Shown here in pieces: positions 1 to 11,386 of a stretch of DNA of 64,000 bases. Origin of the DNA: Mytilus californianus (Eukaryota); contig NW_026262690.1 in assembly GCF_021869535.1 (NCBI RefSeq), forward strand, positions 2,542,001-2,606,000, read 5' to 3'. The position numbers were made by a program, and so were the translations under genes. The notes below the pieces were generated by a model. That model worked only from the letters and a program-made list of their open reading frames with translations. It did no database searches and was not told the DNA's origin. Every line of letters starts with the position of its first letter. The stretch's first letter is position 1.

Positions 1-1829
1 ATAGATCAATTTGGTCATTATTTTCTTGTTATATCGATTCCAAAATACACCAATAAAACAAAGGACTAAAAGGTAAACAATGTTTTATGTCGCATTTAAA
101 GTAGCACCTGATTTAATTGACGGATTTGACAAATCCCTTATAACCAAAGGCTTTAATATTGTTTTGTCCTGTGTTCGTCTTTCGTTGTTGGTTCGTACAT
201 CTGTCTTGTTGCTTTTTCTCGTTCGTTTATTTCATACTGGATTGAGATTTCTTACTCCTTTTCTAAAACAAATATCTTTGCTTGTTTCTACAATCCATTC
301 TTTAACTTCTTTGACCTCGTCTCTATGCGTTTCTGGTTAAAGGCACTTCAGAAGCAGCTAAATTAATATGTTTCACTGTTACAAGTACCTTTTGTAAGTT
401 CCATCTGGGTTATAATAGATATGGTAAATACATCATCGGACAAGGGAAGGCATCGACATTGGCCCTGTTTTGAGACACAAATTATTTGGGTTTTTTTTTT
501 CAATTCTAAAAATGTTCTTAAAACTTTAAAAATTAATCGAAAGATTTATAAAATTTCGGAATATACAAATCAAGTGTATACATTTCGGCTTGTAAAATTT
601 TTGGCTTTGATAGACTAAGTTTAGGGTATATTCAAAAAAGCGTTTCGAAGGCAACAAATCAAATATGTTTTACTTGAGTGTACATATAGAAAATTCAGTG
701 TATTATGATGTTTGTCTCCGAAATCTTATAAAAATCTCTCTCTCTCTCTCAGTTGGTTGATAACGTTTGATTTTGTCAGTTTTATTCATTGTTTGTCGCT
801 AAGATTATTTTAATTTAAAATAGTTGATTAAAATTAGTGGAACATGCATCTTTTGCTATTCATTTTTTTTAATTTTCCGATATGATAATTTTAAACAGTT
901 AGAATGCATAATTAATCAGATGCTGTTAAGATTCTATTTCAATACAAGTTCAGCCCTGGACTTCATGTACACTTTACATGAAAAAAGACGTACATTCAAA
1001 TTGTAATCTACCGCCTTTGTTAGTTGCATCATAAAAAAGCGCAAAACTATATTTCTGCCTGATAAAGATTTGATAGGCGCATCATGCAGAACACATAGCA
1101 TTCATCGAGTAACAATGTTTGATCACTCATGTAGTGTAATCCTTGTTCTATTTAGCTATTGTGAATTGTATAGAAAGTTGTTGAGGAAGTGTCATTTTGT
1201 CTCCTGCATTTTCAAGAACCTTGTCGCAAACTGCGATTTACTAGTACTTCCTTTTTGTAAAATCAACATCTAAACAATGACTACAATATGAAGTGTGGTC
1301 AGATAATTTATAAAATAAAAGAAGAATGTGTCTGAGGACACGAATGCCCCCAATCAAGCTTCAAACAAACGAAAATGGGACGGACGGACGGTCAAAGGTA
1401 ACACTAAATACCCCGTCGCCTACGGCGGGAGCATAAAAAGGAATCTGGGCATGTTCATTTGTTTTTGCTGCGCATAATCCAACCTCAGTCAAATCCAATG
1501 GCAAGTTGAACATGTCACAAGAAAAAAGAATATCTGAGGAAAATTAATATGCAATGAAGTATTTTTTAAACCCTCGTCTCCGCCAAATCGAAATTTTGAC
1601 CATAAAGTTATCGTAGATATGATGCCAGTCAAGCATGTGTTTAGCTTTGACTAGGTAGATTATGTGACCAATTATTAGGATTTTTGTAAAATGAAAAGGG
1701 TTAACTTAGAATAAATTGAAATACATGTAAATATTTGCATTTAATACAAATGTATTTATATATGTCGTCAAGATAGTATTACTATAGTTTTTTTTTTCAA
1801 GAGGCACGATTTGAAGAATGAATCTATAG

Positions 1830-3251
1830 TTAAGAGTCGGCGCAGTTTATACCGGAAGGACAAGCCGCTAGATCTGTATCCAAATAATCCTGAATTGATT
1901 TTGCCACAGTGTCACAATTTCCTACAATTCTGAAACGTGTGCGAGTATGTCTGTCATTTTTAACATCAAATAGCCATTTGAGTCCACAATTGCATTCAAT
2001 TTTATTGTTTGACAAATCAACAATAATGTATCCGGGTTGGTGTCTCCGAATCATAGCCTCTAACGCACATGGTACCCGTTTAATCTGGATACCTTTCAGT
2101 TCAAGTCGGCGAAGCTTTGTTTGATTAATGAACGCTTTGTCGGAAATGTATAAAATAGGGTTGTTATTCATTTTCAAGGTTAGAAGCTCGGCTGACTCCT
2201 TTAGGTCATTTGTTTCTATTGCATGTATACTGTTGTTTGACAGATCTAAAATGTTTAGGTATGTAATGTCCTGGATAGCTCCCGGAATCCGGGTTATTCC
2301 AGAATGTTGGAGACTAAGGCTGGTAATTTGGGTAACAGCTTTTGCCGATTTGTCACTTACGAATTTTAAGTTGTTTTCGTCCATGTTAAGTTGATCAAGT
2401 CGATCAAAACTTTGTAGAACTTCTGGAAATGTTGTGATATTGTCATCTTTGAGTGACATTTGATTGAGAAATGGTAGAAAACCTTTAATGAGAGGGATCC
2501 GAACTCCATAATCTCCTACCTCCTGGTTATGGTCAAAATGCAAATCTTGAAGATATCGGAGTCTAGAAATAGCCAACGGTACAGATCGAAGTTTGGTGTT
2601 TGCTAATGTCAGTCGAAGCAATGTTCCTTCAAATCCATGAAATGAACGGATTGGCATGATTGTAATGTCTGCAGCAGTAAGTATAAGCTCCTGTAATTTT
2701 ACCAGATGTGTCAACGTTGTTGGCCATCTAGTAAGTTCAGTTCCACCGATTTTTGTTCCGAATGAAAATGATAATAAAGTATCTCCTATATCACGTAAGA
2801 TATTTTCGTTAAAGTTATAGTAACGGATTGGATTTCCAGAAACGTCCAGGGTTTCTATGTTTGTAAGTTTTGACAACGATCGTGGGAGTATAGTTAAGTC
2901 ATTATCTTTTAAACTTAATAATCTTAAACTATTTTCCAAACCACCGAAAGAGCCATAACGAAGGCTATAATCCGTAAGCTGACAATTTTCAAGAAGAACT
3001 TCAGTGAGCCCCCAGTTAGTAAATGAAGTATCGTTAATTGTTAAGTTACTGTTTCTAACTTCTAATCGTAGAAAGGCACTGCCTCCAGTCTGTGGCACTA
3101 TCTGGTCAAGATCTTCACATTTTACTATATTACCTTGACATTGACATTTACCCTGCATTGCAGGAGGTAAAATGCATGTTTGACGTCTCTGCAGTGTAAT
3201 TGACGATATCAACTGAAACAGACTAAGCGAAAGAACCTGAAAATAAAGCAT
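1830..3251 (-). CDS. Secreted LRR-only protein LRR1 (~473 aa): signal peptide, LRRNT, ~13 LRRs, LRRCT; no TM, TIR or GPI tail
   Basis: 1.5-kb open frame with LxxLxLxxNxL repeats, N-cap CILPP..CQC..VKC and C-cap IECNCGLKW...CDT...CP. Start is either the ATG at 3251 (MLYFQVLSLSLFQLISS) or a splice into the tttattttcag acceptor at 3237/3236 (phase 0). The track's start at 3347 is probably intronic or UTR. Confidence 0.9.
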   Translation of the reverse strand: MLYFQVLSLSLFQLISSITLQRRQTCILPPAMQGKCQCQGNIVKCEDLDQIVPQTGGSAFLRLEVRNSNLTINDTSFTNWGLTEVLLENCQLTDYSLRYGSFGGLENSLRLLSLKDNDLTILPRSLSKLTNIETLDVSGNPIRYYNFNENILRDIGDTLLSFSFGTKIGGTELTRWPTTLTHLVKLQELILTAADITIMPIRSFHGFEGTLLRLTLANTKLRSVPLAISRLRYLQDLHFDHNQEVGDYGVRIPLIKGFLPFLNQMSLKDDNITTFPEVLQSFDRLDQLNMDENNLKFVSDKSAKAVTQITSLSLQHSGITRIPGAIQDITYLNILDLSNNSIHAIETNDLKESAELLTLKMNNNPILYISDKAFINQTKLRRLELKGIQIKRVPCALEAMIRRHQPGYIIVDLSNNKIECNCGLKWLFDVKNDRHTRTRFRIVGNCDTVAKSIQDYLDTDLAACPSGINCADS

Positions 3252-4333
3252 ACACACTAACACAAGTGAAACAATAATGAAATCACAGAATGCGCACAAA
3301 TACTCATGCAAATGACTAAACCTGGTGATATATGGTGCATGATGCACTTTTCACCAAACTCGACTGTCTTTTTAAAATTATAAATTGTCCTCTAACGTAT
3401 ACGTATAGACAGAGACGATTAAACTATGAAGGTCAATGTTCATTAAATAGGGTCTCTAATAATTGGCGATGTGGCGCATTTTTCAAAAAGTTGCATACAC
3501 TAGAGGCCTGTTGAGGTTGGAATAAAAATCGAAAGTTCTCTTTTGTGTTCTGAAATATGATAAATGACCATATCTTAATATGATACAAGACTTTACAGTC
3601 TAATATCTTCCCCTCAATTATGATAAAATTGCATTGAAGAAATGGGGGAAATAATTGGGTACCCGTTCCAGATCGGGTGTCTTCCGCCATCTTGGATTGT
3701 TAAATAGCAGAAAATAATAGGGTTATATCTTTAATGAATTGTACATATTTTGAGAGGAATGCAATACATTAGTAATGATGTTCATCTTAACAAAGAAAAT
3801 TATGTGTTATATCTTATTTTGATAACTGTTTTTTTTTACTAATGCAGAATCTTTTTGCTTGATTTTTGTTCAACTTTGCAATATAAGGGGAGATAACTCA
3901 GATACTATTAAATTTATAAAGGAATATGTTAGGAATTTACCTGTTTTGTTTTGTGGCAAGACAACGAGGCTCGTGACCCCAATTTTTATTTGTATTTTCA
4001 GAAAGTCCATTATACGAGCTATCTTCTCATATTTTAACTTAAAATTCAATGATCGTGTGTTTTCTTTTTTATCACACAATATTGGATTTTTCATGCATAA
4101 TCTTTACAAAATCTGACAATTTTGCACAACCTGTAGCTTGAAAAAATCCCTGTGACCCATTCCTTTTATTAAATTTATAAAAAAAAAAGCCTGATATGAA
4201 CTACATTTGGTATATTATTAAAAAAATTTATGAATTCTAGTTTAGACCTCTCACCTACATTAAGGTTCAACCTAACAAATGGGTAAAAATGGCTGTGTTT
4301 TCAGCTAAAAATATACTCTGAGTACAGACAAAC

Positions 4334-4351
4334 CTGTACAGATGAAAACAT
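4334..4351 (-). CDS. Candidate small start-codon exon of LRR1 (MFSSVQ)
   Basis: ATG TTT TCA TCT GTA CAG|gtttgt is a phase-0 donor matching the phase-0 acceptor at 3236. A plausible acceptor (tatatactag) lies ~10 nt upstream of the ATG. Confidence 0.3.
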
Positions 4352-4839
4352 TTGTTAGGCCTAGTATATATATAAAAGTTAAATGCATTTTATGTTTCAA
4401 GCAGATAAAACTTCTTTTTTTTTTAGATTTTGATGGGCATTTTTTATTCGTTCCTGTAGATGGCGTAAAAATAAACTAAATTGGGTTAAATCTTCGAGAT
4501 TGCCTTCTCAGCTAACAACTGTATTGTATTGTACTGATCAACTCGGACAATAGAAGGCAATCGGTGAGTTGAAGGGTGTAACTGAGTGGACAGTATTAAA
4601 TTTAATTCAGTTGTTTGTTTGTTTTTACACCAACAGCAGGAACGAAAAAAAATGTTCATCGAAATCCAAAATTGTTTAAACTTTCTGAAACACATAATGC
4701 ACTTAAATTTTATATATCTAGTGGATATCAGGCCTTAAAACTTTTCCAACTGCACAGGTTAGTCTGTACTCGGAGTAGTTTTTGCGGTGTAAACACAGCC
4801 ATGTTTGTCCATTTGTTATGATGAACCTTGAAACGTCTA

Positions 4840-7000
4840 ATAGTCACTTAGACTAGACCTATGTCACTTAAACTACACTTATGTCTCTAAGACAAGACAT
4901 ATCTCTTAGACTAAACTTATGTCTCTTAACCTAAGCATATGTCTCTTAGACTAGAATTGTGTCACTTAGACTAGATTTGTCTCTTAGACTAGATTGATTG
5001 ATTGATTGTTGGTTGCTTAACGTCCTCTCTTAAACTAGACTTATATCTCTTAGACTAGACAAATATCACTGAGAATAGACAGATGTCTCTAAGACTAGAT
5101 ATATATCACTTAGACTAGACTTATTTTTACTTAGACTAGACCTATTTTTCTTACAGTAGACCTAATATCATTTAGACTAGAAATATGTCTGTAAGACTAG
5201 ACTTATGTCACTTAGACTAGACTTATGTCTATCAAATTAGACGTATGTCTATCAAACTGGACTTATGTCACCTGTACTAGACTTCTATCACTAAGACTAA
5301 TTTTACTGTGCGTATTGTCGTGTGTTTGTTTATTCCACATAGGCTAGAGGTATAGGGGAGGGTTGAGATCTCACAACACATGTTTGACCCCGCATTTTTG
5401 CGCTTATCCTAAGTCAGGAACGTCTAAACTTTGTTAGTCTTGTATGTTTTTTTTTTTAATTTTGGTTCATTTATATGTTTCGGAGTTTAGTGTGATGTCC
5501 ATTTTCGCCGAACTAGTATACATTATTGTTTAGGAGCCAGATGAAGCCCACCTACGGGTGAGGGATTTTCTCGCTGTGTTGAAGACCCATTGGTGGCCTT
5601 GGGATGTTTTCTGCTCTTTGGTCGGGTTGTTGTCTCTTTGACGCATTCCTCGTTTCCATTCTAAATTTTATGTCACTTAGACTAGACTTTTCTTAGGCTA
5701 GACTTATATCCTTAAGACTAGACTTATGTCTCTATGACTTGACTTATATCACTTAGACTGGACTTATCTCTCTTAGACTAGACTTGTATCACTTGTATTA
5801 CATCACTAAGACTAGACTATGTTACTTAACATGACCTCATGTCACTAACACTAGATTAATATTACTTAGTTTAGACTTATGTCTCTTAGACTAGACCTGA
5901 TGTCTCTTAGACTAAACGTATGTCACTTAGACTAAATTTATGTCTTTTAAAATAGACTTATGTCACTTAAACTAGATCTTTTGTCTCTAAGACTAGACTA
6001 GTACCCTGCCACGTTCACTCTGTGTTTTTGTTACTTGTTTTTGCTTTGTATCTATCTGATGAGTTAAGCCCTTTTCAACTGAATTTTATAGTTTGTTCAT
6101 ATGTTATACTGTTATACCACTGTCCCAGGTTAGGGGAGGGTTTGGCGCCCGCTAACATGTTTAACCCCGCCACATTCTGTATGTGCCTGTACCAAGTCAG
6201 GAGCCTGTAATTCAGTGGTTGTCGTTTGTTGCTGTATAGACTAGACTTATGTCACTTAGACTAGACTTATGTACCTTAGACTAGACTTATGTCACTTAGA
6301 CTAGACCGATGTCACTAAGACTAGACTTATGTGACTTAGACTAGACTTATATTTCTTAGTCTAGAAATATGTCTTTATGTACAGACTTATGTGACTTAGA
6401 CTAGACCGATGTCACTAAGACTAGACTTATGTGACTTAGACTAGACTTATATTTCTTAGTTTAGACTTATGTCACTAGGTACAGACTTATGTCACTTAGG
6501 CTAGACTTATATCACATAGACTAGACTAATATCTCTTTTACTAAACTTAAATCTCTTCGACTAGACTTATACCACTTAGACTAGACTTATATCACTTAAA
6601 CTAGACTGATGTCCTTTAGACAAGACATATGTCTCTTAGACTAGACTATATCACTTATAATAGTTTTATGTCACTTAGACTAGAAGACTTATGTCTCTAA
6701 TTCTAAGACTGTGTCTCTTAGACTAGACCTTATGTTTCTAAGACTAGACTTATATCTCTTAGACTTAACTTGTGTCTCTTAGACTAGACTTATGTCTCTT
6801 AGACTAGACTTATATTATTTGACCTATAATAATTCTTAACTTTTTATACATTGTGACTTGGATGGAGAGTTGTCTCATTGGCACTCATACCACATCTTAT
6901 TTATATTATGTCTCTTAGACTAGACCTTAAATCACTTAGACTACACGTATGTCTCTTAAACTAGGCTGATGTCACTTAGACTAGACATATGTCACTTACC
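4840..7000. repeat. ~20-bp satellite (CTTAGACTAGACTTATGTCA)n interrupted by dispersed repeats
   Basis: Unit directly visible in many degenerate copies, with interruptions at ~5300-5670, 6000-6237 and 6815-6905. Confidence 0.95.
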
Positions 7001-9784
7001 ACACTTAAAGTCTTCATTCTGTTTCTGTAAATATATGAAAATATGCGTTTGTTATAGACAATATGTTAGACTACATAGTTGAACTAAGATTTACTAAGTT
7101 TATTGTCGATACGGGTAGATTCAGTAGCCATCACAAACGAGATATCACAGTCATCCTAATTTTTACGGTGATAATGTTTATAATAAAGCCCGCAAATATA
7201 GATACGATCCATGTAAACTTATGGCTCCTTTGAATGAACTTTTCACTTAAAGGTTATCAATTCAAAACAGTGGTAAAAATCTTTAAATATTGATTATATT
7301 TGTACCAACATTGATTTTGTTTTTGAAAAATTAAAACATAACTAAATATATATTGCTATATATGAACATTATTGAGAACTCATTATCTTACATCCTACCG
7401 ATTCTGTTTATATGTTATTATAATACTTATATTTTGGCATTGCACAAGATCATGCGTTTCCCAAACTGTTTATGACGTCATTACACTAAATCCGTTGGAT
7501 GTGTACTGATTAAGTCTTAAGTCTGGGTGAAGTCTGATTTATTTTAGTTGATTGACTTTGAACTAGGTTTCAGTAACTGCGAGTACTCTTATTTCGGTGC
7601 TTTGTGTCTATTGTTTTAGTTGTTTTTGCGTCTCGTACAGATTTTTGAGGTAAGCTAATTGCAACTGAAGTTTACAGTTTGTTCTTATTTTGTGCTGTTA
7701 CACCATTGTCCCAGGTTAGGGGATTCAGAGGATTGAGCGTAAACAAACATGTTTAACCCCGCCACATTATTGATGAGTCTGTCTCAAGTCAGGAGTCTGT
7801 AGTTCATTGGATGTCGTTGGTTCGTGTTCGTCATATTTGTTTTTCGTAAATTGTTTTGTTATAGATAAGGCCGTTAATTTTCTCGTTTGAATGTCGGGGC
7901 CTTTTATACCCAACTATACGGTATGAGTTTTTCCTCATTGTTGAAGGCCGTAATGTTGCCTATGCCACTTCATTTGAACTTTGGTGGATAGCTGTCTCAT
8001 TGGCAATTATACCACTTCTCCTTATTTTTATATTTATAATATTTCCCAATTCTTGTGTAATTAGCCTCTCGATTGAAAATATCCCATTCCAACTATATTG
8101 TTTTTAAAATGGTTCAATTTTGATAAACCTTTTTTACAGTGAAATTAAAAAATCAATTAACAAAGGGTGATTGATGACTTACGTACTGAATTTATGATGC
8201 TATTTTGTGAGCTTACTTTTTTTGAATTTTTTTAATGCTCGCGAACGTTTAATATTTTTCAGCTCAAGCGTATTTAAGACGAGTTGTTTAACTAACACGC
8301 GTCGTTAAAACAAAAAATAGTTCAAATTCTTATTAACTTTGCTTTGAAAATTGCTTTCCTACCTTTCACAGATCTGGCTAATCTACCAAGTCAGACTTCC
8401 TGTAAGATATGCAGGGTGTTAGTATGCTGATAAGTATACCATTTGATGGTCTTCCCAGCACGTAGACAGGGAAACCACATAGATAATCCTGTCAATGTTT
8501 TCAGGTGTGGGCTGCATGTCTAACTTGCACAGCAGGTACATTTCACATCTGATTTTTTATCTTTTCTATTTTGGTTCCTTTCAAAGTAAAGATACCGACG
8601 ATGTTAAATATGTTTAGATTCATCTACAATAGTGCTTTATGGAAAGTTCCCCACCACTTATATTGCTTGTATCAAGAGTATACTTCGGAACATTTGTTTC
8701 ACAGCTGGTACATGTACATATGTACATGTAAGCTTTGTAGGGCCATATTTGCATGATGGAAACTATAAATGCCGATTTGTATAAATAACCGGTTGACACA
8801 AGTTCACTTACCAAAGCTACAATCCACGACTAACTTCATTATCAGGATTTATAAGAAGGATTCGTTGAAGTTTGATCATGTTTTATAACCCTAGCTCGTT
8901 GTATGAGAATCTTCATGCCCGTCCGTCTGCCGGTGCGTCACACTTTTGATTTCTAGAGGATAGATAGAGAATAGTTTTTAGAAATTAATTCAAAATTTAA
9001 GGGAATGTTTTGGAGTACTTAACACAGATTAGGTTTGAATTTCGTCGTTCTAACTTCTACCTCTTCAGAGTTATGGTACTTGATAGTTGGAAAAAATAAA
9101 AATTTTGTGGTTTCTGGATGATGAATGGAGAACAATTTTTTAAATTGGTTGAAATTTTAACGGATTGATTTGGACCGTTTGATAAAAGTATCCCCCCTCC
9201 CCCCCCCCCCAAAAAAAAACCCTTAAAAATGAACCAGAATATTTTATGAATTTATTGTTATTTTCCTGTCACAATTGAAATAAATAATTTTGATGTGTTT
9301 TGTTTGTTTATCTTAACATTAGCATTCAGGTGAGAATCTGACTCGATCTGAAATAAAGAAAAGGCATCTATTTCTGTGGTTAGCATTGCTTTTCTCTGTT
9401 TTCATCATATTTATATACAATTGCACTGAATTGCACAAAGAATTTTTACGGTAAAACTATACAGAAAAATGTTCTACATATACACAACTTTTGAACTATG
9501 TCTAAAACATTACACCTTATAAAATTTCACAGTATGCTGCTACAGAAAGAAAATCATGCTATCTCATGAGGGATCTGTTATCAAACATTTACTCCTTTAG
9601 TTTTGTTTCACTTTTCTAAATAAAATACTTGACAATAACACTAGAAACTTCAACATGTAGAATAAAGCGGTATATTACAACAGACTATTAAATAGTCAAA
9701 ACGAATTATTTAAAACATTTTATTAATCTCATTATTTGAGAATACTTTTTATGTTGCCAATCTATACGCAAAAGCAAAACAGTT

Positions 9785-11200
9785 TAACCAAAAACCAACT
9801 TAGTAAACATTAATCAATACAAAACTAAATAAACATTAACCAATACAAAACTAAGTAAACATTAACCAATACAAAACTTAGTAGACATTAACCAATACAA
9901 AACTAAATAAACATTAACCAATACAAAACTAAGTAAACATCAACCAATACAAAACTAAGTAAACATTAACCAATACAAAACTTAGTAAACATTAACCAAT
10001 ACAAAACTAAATAAACATTAACCAATACAAAACTAAATAAACATTAACCAATACAAAACTAAGTAAACATTAACCAATACAAAACTTAGTAAACATTAAC
10101 CAATACAAAACTAAGTAAACATTAACCAATACAAAACTAAGTAAACATTAACCAATACAAAACTAAGTAAACATTAACCAATACAAAACTAAATAAACAT
10201 TAACCAATACAAAACTAAGTAAACATTAACCAATACAAAACTAAGTAAACATCAACCGAAACAAAACTAAGTAAACATCAAGCAAAACAAACTTAGTCTT
10301 AGATACAGGTTTTTTTTATAGTTGTTATTGGCTTTGAACTAGCTGTCAGGAGCTGCGAGTATTCTCAGATCTTAACTTAGTGTCGTTTTTTGTTGTGGGA
10401 TGTATAGATACTCTGCCACGTCCGGTCTGTGTTTTCTGCTTTGTATCAATCTGGTGAGTTTTCAACTGATTTTTAAAGTTTATTCCAATGTTGTACTATT
10501 ACACCACTGTCCCAGGTTAGGGAGAGGGTTTCGCACCAGTAAACTACTTTAACCCAGCTACATACTGTATGTGTCTGTCCCAAGTCAAAAGCCTGTAGTT
10601 CAGTGGTTGTCGTTGGTTCATGTCTGTCATATTTGTTTTTCGCAAATTGTTTTGTTATAAATTAGGCCGTTAATTTTCCCAATTGAATTATTTCAGTCTA
10701 TAATTACTTACATTTGAATTTTTTGAACTTTGTGGACAGTTGTCTCATTGGCAATCATACCACATCTCGATATTTTTTTATATTAGTGAACATGAAACAA
10801 AACAAAACTAAGAAAACATCAACCAAAAAAACAACTAAGTAAACATTAAGCAAAACAAACTTTAGTAAACATTACCTATAACAAACGTTGGTAAACACTA
10901 ACCAAAACAAAGTTAGTAAACATTAACCAATACAAAACTTAGTAAACATAAAAGAAGTTTAGTAAACATTAATCAATACAAAACTAATTGAACATTAACA
11001 AAACAAACTTATGAAGAACATCAATAAAAGCGCTGTTCCTTTGCTTTTTGTGTGTTTTTTTCTGTGCATGAACTGATTTTGTGTCATGGATGGATACCCC
11101 ATATCCTTTGTTTTTCTATTAGTAAACATTAACCAAAACAAAACTTATTAACATTAACAAAAACACACTTAGTAAATATTAACCAACGCATAACTTGATA
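9785..11200. repeat. 26-bp minisatellite (AAGTAAACATTAACCAATACAAAACT)n
   Basis: Period of 26 measured (10089 to 10115). Homogeneous over 9800-10290, more degenerate after an insertion at ~10300-10790. Confidence 0.95.
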
Positions 11201-11299
11201 AACATCAAACTTGGTAAAATAAACCAATTCCTTTTGAAAAAAAATTTAAAATTCAAAATCCTTGTTTATTCTTAACGTACATGACGACCTAAATGCCAC

Positions 11300-11326
11300 T
11301 TATCTTTAAGATAGTCCAAAGATAAC
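11300..11326 (+). promoter_or_regulatory. Palindromic double GATA site (TTATCTTTAAGATAG) plus a third GATAA just upstream of the LRR2 first-exon donor
   Basis: Motif read directly. A 13/15 match (TTATCTTCAAGATAA) occurs at a similar distance from the LRR3 first-exon donor. Confidence 0.4.
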
Positions 11327-11386
11327 AGTGTGCAGCATTCTCTGACAGACTTCTGTTGGGATTTAAGTGAACAAGAGACCGATCCA

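Noticed and set aside
80-340. Hydrophobic plus-strand ORF and a K/R/E-rich minus-strand frame at the window edge
   Set aside because: The minus frame has an internal stop and no recognisable motif; truncated context prevents assignment.
1909-2394. Antisense ORFs over the LRR genes (also 15460-16165 and 60508-60780)
   Set aside because: Expected shadows of real coding sequence; no independent features.
3252-3347. N-terminal extension MHHAPYITRF... of the LRR1 ORF
   Set aside because: Lies upstream of a strong acceptor and a better signal-peptide start; the paralogs have an intron at this position.
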